Source of the DNA: Capsulimonadaceae bacterium
GTDB lineage: Bacteria; Armatimonadota; Armatimonadia; Armatimonadales; Capsulimonadaceae
Assembly: GCA_965215505.1 (NCBI GenBank)
Contig: OZ244065.1
Span: 4,640,001 to 4,704,000 of the forward strand
Length of the DNA stretch: 64,000 nt
Reading direction: 5' to 3'
Shown: positions 19,031-26,860 of the stretch, piece after piece
Layout of the letters: every line of letters starts with the position of its first letter
How positions within the stretch are numbered: position 1 is the stretch's first letter
Made by a program: the position numbers and the translations under genes
The notes under the pieces: generated by a model
Told to the model about the DNA's origin: nothing
What the model saw: only the letters and a program-made list of their open reading frames with translations
Database searches by the model: none

Positions 19031-20356
19031 TTACCAAGGGTGGGGCGCGTAGTCTTTGAGGAAGTGTCCGAACGGGGGCGTGGCTTCTTCGGTCAGGCCC
19101 CGCACGATGGGGTCGTAGATGCGCGCCATGCCGTCCGTGCTGTCGAGCGGCGTCCAGACCCCCCGTTTCTCCTGGAGGTGCGTCCTGCGCGGGTGCGGGT
19201 TCTCGTCCGTCACCCAGCCCGTGTCCACGCTGTTCATGTAGATGCCGTCCCGCGCGTAGTCGGCGGCCGAGGTGCGCGTCATCATGTTCAGAGCGGCCTT
19301 CGCCATGTTCGTGTGCGGGTGGAAGACCGTCTTGCTTTCGCGCCCGAACTGGCCTTCCATCGCGGACACGTTGACGATGAACCGGCGCGCGAATGGGGAC
19401 CGCAGCAGCAGCGGTTTCAGGCGGGCGTTCAAGAGGAACGGCGCGACGGCGTTGACGACCTGGACTTCCAGCATCTCGACCGTCTCGATCTCATCCAGGC
19501 GCAGACGCCAGCTATTCGTGGGCCGCGTGTCAACCTGCTGGCCGTCCCGGTCATAGCGGCCCGGCGGGAAGTGGTCCATCAGTTCCAGCCCCGCGCCCGC
19601 CGCCTCCGGCCCCGCCTCTAGCTGCGGCAGTGCCCGCTCCTCTGCCAGCAGATGCCGGTAGAAGGCGGGCGGTCGCCGGATGGTCTGGGCGGCGTTGTTG
19701 ATCAGGATGTCCAGGGCCGGCTCCGAGGCGAGCAGATCGCGGGTGAACTCCTCGACGGCGGGCAGGCGGCGCAGGTCCAGCCCTTCCAACCGGAGCCGGT
19801 CCTGCCACTGCGGCCGGTCAGATTCGGCCTCGAAGCGCCGGGCGGCGTCGGCCGGGAACCGCGTCGTGACGATGACCCGCGCCCCGTCGCGCAGCAGGCG
19901 CAGGGCGACCTGATAGCCGATCTTGATCCTGCCGCCCGTGACCAGGGCGACGTGGCCCGTCAGGTCCGCCGTTTGGAGCCGCTTGCGGGCGTTCAGCGCG
20001 GCGCACGCCGGACACAGCAGGTGGTAGAACGGGTGAACGGCGGAGTAGGCCGCCTTGCAGACGTAGCACCGCGCCGGAGTGTTCAGCGTCCCCAGCGTCG
20101 TCACGGCCCCATCCGTCAGGGCGGGCAGGACTTGTGCGTCCTGATGCGCCTGCACCATGGCCGTGCCCGCCTTGAGCCGCCGGTCTTCGGCCCGCCCGTC
20201 CTCCTGCGCGGCCCGGCGTGCGCCCTTCTTGCCGCCCCTGTGGATTTTGGCGATCAGGCCCTTCATCCGGTCATGGTCGCGGATCAGGTCCGGGTCCTCG
20301 GAGACTCGCTGCAAGACGCGCAGGCACGCCTCCATCTCGTCGGGCGCGATGCTCAT
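19031..20356 (-). CDS. SDR oxidoreductase with N-terminal Cys/His zinc-finger-like region
   Basis: CYVC...HPFYHLLCPAC; TGGRIKIG; NNAA; atypical catalytic HPHTNMAKAAL. Confidence 0.88.
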   Translation of the reverse strand: MSIAPDEMEACLRVLQRVSEDPDLIRDHDRMKGLIAKIHRGGKKGARRAAQEDGRAEDRRLKAGTAMVQAHQDAQVLPALTDGAVTTLGTLNTPARCYVCKAAYSAVHPFYHLLCPACAALNARKRLQTADLTGHVALVTGGRIKIGYQVALRLLRDGARVIVTTRFPADAARRFEAESDRPQWQDRLRLEGLDLRRLPAVEEFTRDLLASEPALDILINNAAQTIRRPPAFYRHLLAEERALPQLEAGPEAAGAGLELMDHFPPGRYDRDGQQVDTRPTNSWRLRLDEIETVEMLEVQVVNAVAPFLLNARLKPLLLRSPFARRFIVNVSAMEGQFGRESKTVFHPHTNMAKAALNMMTRTSAADYARDGIYMNSVDTGWVTDENPHPRRTHLQEKRGVWTPLDSTDGMARIYDPIVRGLTEEATPPFGHFLKDYAPHPW

Positions 20357-20380
20357 GGTTCCGCCTCATCGGGGGTAAAT

Positions 20381-20453
20381 GGGGGCCGGAAGGAATCGAA
20401 CCTTCATCCTCGGGATTTGCAGTCCCGCGCTCTTCCTTTGAGCTACGGCCCCC
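20381..20453 (-). tRNA. Atypical tRNA-Cys(GCA)-like gene (extra G:C pair atop the acceptor stem, no encoded CCA)
   Basis: GGGGGCCG TA GCTC AAAGGAA GAGC G CGGGA CTGCAAA TCCCG AGGAT GAAGG TTCGATT CCTTC CGGCCCCC forms a full cloverleaf. Confidence 0.8.
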
Positions 20454-20474
20454 ACGAGGGAAAAGAGGCTTGCT

Positions 20475-20547
20475 GGAAACGGGCGGGACTCGAACCCGCA
20501 TCTCCCCCATGAAGTGGGGGGCGTTTTTCCGCTAAACTACCGTTTCC
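20475..20547 (-). ncRNA. tRNA-like RNA with a non-canonical anticodon loop
   Basis: GGAAACGG TA GTTT AGCGGAA AAAC G CCCCC CACTTCAT GGGGG AGAT GCGGG TTCGAGT CCCGC CCGTTTCC; all stems pair; 8-nt anticodon loop. Confidence 0.75.
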
Positions 20548-20674
20548 GCAGCCACAATGCTCTTTCGACGGCCGCCGTCCGATGACCTCCCTGCTGCTCG
20601 TCCTGCCCCTTGTGGCGAGCTGGCTTTCGTGATACAATGGCAACAGTCTCGTGTTCCGAAGGGATCTGCCCGCC

Positions 20675-21283
20675 ATGAACCACGGATTTTCTCAGATGTC
20701 CACACCGCCTCCGGGCTACGGCGCTCCGCCCCCCGGCTATGTCCCCCCGCCCGGCTATGGGTATCCCCCGCCCAAGAAGAACAACACGGCGACCGTGGTC
20801 ATTATCGTGATTGCGTCCATCTTTGGGGGCGGCATCTTCGTCGTCGCCATCCTCGCCGCGATCCTCTTCCCGGTCTTCCAGAAGGTGCGCGGCAACGCCC
20901 GGCTGACCTCCTGCGAGTCCAACGTCAAGCAGATCGAGCTTGGCCTGATCCAGTATGCCTACGACAACAACAACAAGTTCCCGGCGGGCGACTACAAGGC
21001 GGCCATCATGCCATATACCAAGAGCGAGTCGCTGTTCCACTGCCCCGCCGACACTGTCACGGGGGGTGCCTCGGACTACTCGCTCAACCCAAGCCTCCAG
21101 GGCGTCAGCCTGGCGAAGCTCTCCGACCCGGCGAACACCGTCGCGATCTATGAGGGCAGCAACCGGACGCTCGACTTCCGCCACGAACACACGGGCGGCA
21201 ATGTCGCGGTGGTTGGGTTCGCGGACGGCCATGTCAGAGCCGTCTCCGCGCAGCAGGCGAAGTCCCTGCGCTGGCGGCCCTGA
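20675..21283 (+). CDS. DUF1559 / prepilin-like H-X9-DG domain protein with Pro-rich N-terminus
   Basis: ILAAILFPVFQKVRGNARLTSCESNVKQI.LG..QY..D, FHCPAD, C-terminal RHEHTGGNVAVVGFADGHV. Confidence 0.85.
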   Translation: MNHGFSQMSTPPPGYGAPPPGYVPPPGYGYPPPKKNNTATVVIIVIASIFGGGIFVVAILAAILFPVFQKVRGNARLTSCESNVKQIELGLIQYAYDNNNKFPAGDYKAAIMPYTKSESLFHCPADTVTGGASDYSLNPSLQGVSLAKLSDPANTVAIYEGSNRTLDFRHEHTGGNVAVVGFADGHVRAVSAQQAKSLRWRP

Positions 21284-21354
21284 GCGGCACAGACAGAGAA
21301 GGCCCGGAGGGATAAAAAGCCGGTGGGATGAGCAGAACAAACGGGAACAGATGA

Positions 21355-21434
21355 GGGCGAACACAAGGTTCGCCCCTACGGGGCAGGCGGACAGGACAGA
21401 TGGGCGGGTGTAGGGGCGAACCTTGTGTTCGCCC
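21355..21434. repeat. GTAG REP doublet (REPIN)
   Basis: GTAGGGGCGAACCTTGTGTTCGCCC at 21355-21379 (-) and 21410-21434 (+). Confidence 0.85.
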
Positions 21435-21509
21435 TTTTCCCACGGTGTACGCCCGGTTTCTCCTCTTGGCGTCACTCCGCTCCGGCAACATCACTCCGCC
21501 CCGGCAACA

Positions 21510-22994
21510 TCACTCCGCCCCCGGCAGTGTCACCGTCACGGTCGTGCCTGCGCCCAGGGCGCTGGCGAACGCTATCGTCCCCCCGTGCGCCTCGGCGATG
21601 CTCCGGGCGATGGACAGGCCCAGGCCCGTCCCGCCGTCGAGCCGGGCGCGGGCGCTGTCCACGCGGTAGAACCGCTCGCCCAGGTGCGGCAGGTGTTCGG
21701 GCGCGATGCCGTCCCCGGTGTCCGCGACCGCGACGACGATCTGCTCGCCGTCGCGCCGGGCGCTCAGGCTGATCCGCCCCCCGGCGGGCGTGTGCCGGGC
21801 CGCATTCGTCAGCAGGTTCGTGAACAGGCGCACCAGCTCTTCCTCGTTCCCCGGAACGGACAGCGCCTCGTCTTGGAGCGAGAGGCAGACGGCGGCCTCG
21901 GGGCGCGGGACGCGGGCGACGGCCCGCTCCAGCACCTCGCGCAGCAGCAATTCGATCCGGCCCTGGCCGAGCCGCCCCGCGTCCGACTGCGCCAGCAGGA
22001 TCAGGTCCCGCACCAGCCGCGACATCGTCTCCGCCGCCATCCCGATCTCCCCCATGGCGGAATGATACTCGGACAGGTCGGGGTGGCCCGAGAGGGCGAG
22101 GCTGGTGTTGCCCTGGATGATCGTCAGCGGCGTCTTCAGCTCATGGGAGGCGTCGGCGGTGAAACGCCGCTGCTGCTCGATCAGGCGCTGCTGCCGCCCG
22201 AAGGCGGTTTCGAGCCGCCCCAGCAGGCCGTTGAAGGTGTCGGCAAGCTCCGAGAACTCGTCACTGCCCGTCACCGGCAGCCGCTCGGACAGGTCGCGCG
22301 CCCCGATCTTCCCCGCCGCCTGCGTCAGCCGCCGCACCCGCAGCAGCACGCGGTCGGTCAGCAGGGCACCGACCAGGCCCGCACACAGGAGGGCGACGGG
22401 CAGCAGCAGGAGCAGGGCGCGGTCCAGCCCGCGCAGGGCGCGGCCCACGTCGGCCAGCGGGTAGGGGACCTGGATGACGCCCTCGGCCGGCCCTTGCCGG
22501 GGGAACGGGCGGGACAGAATTCGAACCGGGTCGCCATTCAAAACAACCGTAGAGTAGTTCATCTTCCCCCCTGCGGCGGCGAGGAAGGCGGGCGGGTCCC
22601 AGAGCGGTTCCTCCGACTGATCGGGGTTCAGGGAGCGCCCGGTCAAGTCGAACCGGCGCGGTCGGTAGGGGTTGTTGTCGAAGCGCGGGGCGCGGTTCTC
22701 GTGCGGCCCTCCCCCGCGCCCTTCCTGGGGGGGGCGTTGGTCGGACCGCTCCCCCGACGGGCGGGGGGGCGGTCCGGGGGGCTGGCCCCCGCGCCCCCGG
22801 TCCATCATCGGGCGCGTGCGCGCCTCCAGTTCGCGGTCCACGGAGGCCATGATGGTGGAGCGGACGAGGGTGCGGACGACGACGCCCAGCGCCCCGAGGA
22901 GCAGGGCCAGGGCGACGATGTTCCACCAGACGAGCTGGGTGCGGACGGACTGCCGCCGGCGCGGCATGACTGTGGGATGGGGTACGGCTGTCAC
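21510..22994 (-). CDS. Sensor histidine kinase (2 TM, HAMP, HisKA, HATPase)
   Basis: FTADASHELKTPL H-box, NLLTNA, DTGDGI, GGTGLGL. Confidence 0.95.
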   Translation of the reverse strand: MTAVPHPTVMPRRRQSVRTQLVWWNIVALALLLGALGVVVRTLVRSTIMASVDRELEARTRPMMDRGRGGQPPGPPPRPSGERSDQRPPQEGRGGGPHENRAPRFDNNPYRPRRFDLTGRSLNPDQSEEPLWDPPAFLAAAGGKMNYSTVVLNGDPVRILSRPFPRQGPAEGVIQVPYPLADVGRALRGLDRALLLLLPVALLCAGLVGALLTDRVLLRVRRLTQAAGKIGARDLSERLPVTGSDEFSELADTFNGLLGRLETAFGRQQRLIEQQRRFTADASHELKTPLTIIQGNTSLALSGHPDLSEYHSAMGEIGMAAETMSRLVRDLILLAQSDAGRLGQGRIELLLREVLERAVARVPRPEAAVCLSLQDEALSVPGNEEELVRLFTNLLTNAARHTPAGGRISLSARRDGEQIVVAVADTGDGIAPEHLPHLGERFYRVDSARARLDGGTGLGLSIARSIAEAHGGTIAFASALGAGTTVTVTLPGAE

Positions 22995-23677
22995 TGCCCC
23001 GCCTCCACGTCCGGCACGCGCAGGGTGTAGCCCAGGCCGCGCACCGTCTGGATCAGCTTGCGCGCGTGCCCGGCGTCTATCTTCTTGCGGAGCATCCCGA
23101 TGTAGACGTCCACGGTGTTGGAGTACGAGTCCTCGTCCATCCAGATGCGCTCCTGGATGACCTCGCGGGTCAGCACCTGGCTTTCGTGGGCGGCCAATGC
23201 CTCCAGAAGCTCGTACTCCCGGTGGCTCAGGCCGACCTCGACGCCCGCCCGCGTCACCAGCCGCTGACCGGTGTCAATCACCAGGTCGTCCACCTGGATG
23301 ACGCGCGCGCGATGCACCCGGTCCCGCCGCAGCAGGGCGCGGACTCGCGCCAGCAGCTCGGGGAACTCGAACGGCTTGGGCAGATAGTCGTCCGCCCCCA
23401 GGTCCAGGCCCCGGACCCTATCGGGCACCGAGTCGCGCGCCGTCAGCATCAGGATGGGGATCTGACTGCCCTGCGCCCGCAGAGCCTCGCACACCTGCCA
23501 GCCGTCCAGGCCGGGCACCATCAGGTCCAGGAGCAGGAGGTTGTAGGTCTTCTCCTGAGCCATCTCCAGGCCCTGACGCCCGTTCGCCGTCGCCTCCACC
23601 GAATAGCCGGCGTCTTCCAGGCCCCGGCGGATCAGGCGCGCGATGCCCGGCTCGTCCTCGATCAGCAGGATTTTCAT
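22991..23677 (-). CDS. OmpR-family response regulator
   Basis: MKILLIEDE, LLDLMVPG, GADDYLPKPF, IQTVRGLGY. Confidence 0.95.
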   Translation of the reverse strand: MKILLIEDEPGIARLIRRGLEDAGYSVEATANGRQGLEMAQEKTYNLLLLDLMVPGLDGWQVCEALRAQGSQIPILMLTARDSVPDRVRGLDLGADDYLPKPFEFPELLARVRALLRRDRVHRARVIQVDDLVIDTGQRLVTRAGVEVGLSHREYELLEALAAHESQVLTREVIQERIWMDEDSYSNTVDVYIGMLRKKIDAGHARKLIQTVRGLGYTLRVPDVEAGQ

Positions 23678-23698
23678 GGCGTGATTGTGCCTGGGCAA

Positions 23699-23765
23699 GA
23701 TGAAAGGAACATGAAAGCCGTTTTGCGGCCGTTTCGACGGGGCCGCTTTCATGCGGTTTTCATGT
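23699..23765. promoter_or_regulatory. Two oppositely oriented tandem TTTCAT direct repeats (candidate OmpR-type boxes)
   Basis: ATGAAAGgaacATGAAAG (~23700-23717) and TTTCATGcggtTTTCATG (~23747-23764), each with an 11-nt period, in the divergent intergenic region. Confidence 0.55.
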
Positions 23766-23817
23766 GCTTGCCTGATACTGTTTCCAGCGCACCCGAGGCG
23801 CAGCAGAGGAGAACACA

Positions 23818-24648
23818 ATGCACCGAAGACCAAATGACAGACTGACGGGAACACGCACCGCACGCACGGCGGCGCTGACGGCGCTCATTGGCGTGATGCT
23901 CGGCACCGCCGCCCTGGCACAGTTCGGGGGACCGCCCCCACCCGGAGGCCCGCGGTTCGGCGGCCCCAGGGGCGGCAGTCCCGGTGGTGGCGGGCCGGGG
24001 CGCGGGATGCGCGGCCCGCGCGCATCCACCGCCGCCACCGCTCCTCTACCCGCGCTGACCGCGGGCCTGAGACTGACAGCGGAACAGCAGGCGAAGATCG
24101 CCCGGATTCAATCCACGTTCAGCGGCCAGCGCCGGAGCATGATGCCCCCGCCGCCCCCGCCCGGCGGCCCGCCGCCCGACTTCAGGGCCATGGGCGCGGC
24201 CTTCGACCGGATGCGTGCAATGGAGCAGAGCGCCGACGCCAGTGTCCAGGCTGTCCTGACCGCCCAACAGCGCGCCGCCCTGCCGGGCCTGCTCCGGACT
24301 CTGGACGACCTGCGGACGGCCGGCATTCCTCCCGCCACCTATGGCGCGCTGCACCTGACCACGGCCCAGACCGCGCGCATCACCGGCATGGCCCAGGCCT
24401 TGCAGCAGGCCACGCGCCAGGCGATGGCCGCCCCGCCCGCAGGCGGCGACCCCCGCTCGGCGATGCGGGCGGGGCGTGACCGCCTGGCGGCCCAGGCCGC
24501 CGCCGTGCTGACGCCGACCCAGCGGGCAATCGTGGACAAGTACAAAGCCGCCCACCCGCGCCCCGCCTTCGGCGAACCCGGCGGCCCGCGCGGCGGCGGT
24601 TTCGGCGGCCCACCGGGAGGCCCGCCGCCCTTCGAGCGGCGGTCGTAG
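23818..24648 (+). CDS. Secreted Spy/CpxP-like (LTxxQ motif) Gly/Pro-rich protein
   Basis: Signal peptide; LTAEQ, LTAQQ, LTTAQ and LTPTQ motifs. Confidence 0.75.
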   Translation: MHRRPNDRLTGTRTARTAALTALIGVMLGTAALAQFGGPPPPGGPRFGGPRGGSPGGGGPGRGMRGPRASTAATAPLPALTAGLRLTAEQQAKIARIQSTFSGQRRSMMPPPPPPGGPPPDFRAMGAAFDRMRAMEQSADASVQAVLTAQQRAALPGLLRTLDDLRTAGIPPATYGALHLTTAQTARITGMAQALQQATRQAMAAPPAGGDPRSAMRAGRDRLAAQAAAVLTPTQRAIVDKYKAAHPRPAFGEPGGPRGGGFGGPPGGPPPFERRS

Positions 24649-24678
24649 GAGCGTCTGCATCGGGGTATACTCCTCCCC

Positions 24679-25731
24679 ATGCACGAGACGCTGAACGCGA
24701 CACTGCTGAACGGGACGCTCTGGAAAAACATCGCCGCCGCCTACGACCTCGGGGCGTGGGACGAACCGCCCCGCGCCGTCACGGGAGGCCTGAAGCACCG
24801 GCTCTACCACGCCCGAACGGCGCGGGGCGAGTACGCCGTCAAGGTGCTTAACCCGCGCCTTTTGCGAGGGATGGGCCGGCTCGCGCGCTACAAGCGGGCG
24901 GAACAGATCGCGCAGGAGGCGGCGCGGGCGGGCCTGCCCGCCGTCTGTGCCCTGCCCGGCCCCGACGGGCCGGTGCAGAGGGTCGGCCCCGACACGGTCA
25001 TGGTGTTCCCCTGGCTCTCGGGGACCATCCTGCCTCCCGGCCCCGCCTCCCCCGAGGCGGCCCGGCAGATGGGCGTCCTGCTGGGGCGGCTGCACTCCCT
25101 GGCACCGGACGTCCCCGGCCTGGAGCCTCCCCCGTCGCTGCACTTCTCCGACGCCTACTGGGCGAGGCTGGTCCGGCAGGGTCGGGAGGACGGCGTGATC
25201 TGGGCCGACCCGGTCGGGGACGCCCTGCCGGAGCTGAAGTGCTGGAGCGCGGCGGTCCGCCATGCGCGGGAGGCCCTGGGGCCGGGTTGGACGGCGACGC
25301 ACCGGGATATGGACCAGAAGAACATCCTGTGGAGCGACCCGCACACGCCCCACCTGCTGGACTGGGAGGAGGCCGGGGCGATGCCTTCCGCCCTGGAGGT
25401 CATGGGGACCGCCCTCAACTGGGCCGGTCAGTCGGCAGGACCGCCTGACGCCCAGGCGTTCGCGGCCTTCCTTGACGGCTACCGCGTTGCCGCCCCCCTG
25501 GACCCGGATGCCCTGAGACACGCCGCCGTCGCCGTGCTGGACAAGTGGCTGGTCTGGCTCGACTTCAACCTGCAACGCTCCCTGCGCGCCGCCCGGACGC
25601 CGCCCGACGAGCTGGCGACCGCAAACGGGGCGGTCTCACACGCCCTCGCCACCCTGCATTCGCTGGACGCCGACACGCCGCGCCGGCTGGCCTGGTGCGA
25701 TGCCGTCACGGCTTCCAGCCCAGATCCGTAG
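24679..25731 (+). CDS. Aminoglycoside phosphotransferase/kinase-like protein
   Basis: YAVKVLN, THRDMDQKNILW, LLDWEEAG. Confidence 0.85.
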   Translation: MHETLNATLLNGTLWKNIAAAYDLGAWDEPPRAVTGGLKHRLYHARTARGEYAVKVLNPRLLRGMGRLARYKRAEQIAQEAARAGLPAVCALPGPDGPVQRVGPDTVMVFPWLSGTILPPGPASPEAARQMGVLLGRLHSLAPDVPGLEPPPSLHFSDAYWARLVRQGREDGVIWADPVGDALPELKCWSAAVRHAREALGPGWTATHRDMDQKNILWSDPHTPHLLDWEEAGAMPSALEVMGTALNWAGQSAGPPDAQAFAAFLDGYRVAAPLDPDALRHAAVAVLDKWLVWLDFNLQRSLRAARTPPDELATANGAVSHALATLHSLDADTPRRLAWCDAVTASSPDP

Positions 25732-26860
25732 CCAGCGCCGCTTCCAGCTTCTCCGCCATCAGTGCGTCCGTTTTGACGCTCGGGTGCCAGTCCGCCCCGA
25801 AGCCGTTCTTCCCGCCGTCCTGCGTCTCGAAGACGAGCAGCCGAACATTCTTGTCCCCCGCCGCGTTCTCGTCCGCCACGACCTGCGAGAGATATGACTT
25901 AGCGATGGCCCCAGCCTCGCCCCCCATCATGGGGCTGGTAGCGCAATAAACGGCCGCGCGCGGGTAGTTCGCGCGGACGCGCGTCAGGAACGCCTCGTAC
26001 CCGCCCGTCCAGCCTTTGCGGTCGGGAGTGCCGCCGTTGAAGTCGTTCGTGCTGAGGGTGATGACGACGGCATCCGGCGTCCAGCGCGCGAAGTCCCACC
26101 GGCTGCCCGGATCGAGCGGCAGGGCCAGGTCGTAGATCTCGCCCATCGTGTTCTTCGGCCACATGGTCCGCCCCGACCAGGCGAGGCAGGCGTAGTCCGC
26201 ATTCAGCGCGCGGGCGGCGACGGCCCCGTAGCTGAGGAAGGCGTTCTCGGTCGCGGCCGTGAACTTCTCGTGCTGGTCTTTGGCCTCGTTGCCGTAGCCG
26301 CAGCTGATCGAGTCGCCGATCACCTCCAATCTGTGCTTGGGCCTGGGCGGAGGTGGAAGCAGCCTGCCGCCCCGCGCGACCTGGAAGCCTAAAAACTGCG
26401 TCGTCCCGAAGAACGCCTCGGTGCGCTTGACCAGCGTGACCGTGTGCGGGGCGTCGTCGGTGCTGTGGTAAACGCCGTAAAGGTGCGCTCCACCCCTCGT
26501 CACCAGCACGGCGGACGGCTTGCCGTCCACGGTGACCTCGTACTCGTCGTTGTTCGTGTCTGCCAGCCTGACGTTCAGCCCCGTTCCCGTAAGTCGCAGC
26601 GTCACCGCGCTGGCGGGCCAGGCACAGCGCGGCCCGTCAATGTCGCGCAGGTCGAAGCGGCCTTCATACCGGATGCGCGGGTCGGTGGGCGCGACGGCGT
26701 AGGCCAGCGGCGCGGCGTCCCCGGCGGCGGGAGTGGGCGCAGGCGCGGCCTGCTGGGCGCGGCCCGCCGCGCCTAGGGTGAAGAGCGCTCCCGCCAGCAG
26801 CAGGGCAGGGGAACGAAAAGCGGGCGGGGGAACCCCGCCCCTACGCATTGTGGTCGTCAT
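25706..26860 (-). CDS. SGNH/GDSL carbohydrate esterase (CE2-like)
   Basis: IRYEGRF, LVKRTE, IGDSISCGYG, STND, ADWHP. Confidence 0.88.
   Translation of the reverse strand: MTTTMRRGGVPPPAFRSPALLLAGALFTLGAAGRAQQAAPAPTPAAGDAAPLAYAVAPTDPRIRYEGRFDLRDIDGPRCAWPASAVTLRLTGTGLNVRLADTNNDEYEVTVDGKPSAVLVTRGGAHLYGVYHSTDDAPHTVTLVKRTEAFFGTTQFLGFQVARGGRLLPPPPRPKHRLEVIGDSISCGYGNEAKDQHEKFTAATENAFLSYGAVAARALNADYACLAWSGRTMWPKNTMGEIYDLALPLDPGSRWDFARWTPDAVVITLSTNDFNGGTPDRKGWTGGYEAFLTRVRANYPRAAVYCATSPMMGGEAGAIAKSYLSQVVADENAAGDKNVRLLVFETQDGGKNGFGADWHPSVKTDALMAEKLEAALATDLGWKP

Noticed and set aside
20475-20547. Reading the upstream tRNA-like RNA as an opal (UCA) suppressor, tRNA-Sec or tRNA-Glu
   Set aside because: There is no long variable arm and the loop register does not give a canonical U33 plus anticodon, so no isotype can be assigned.
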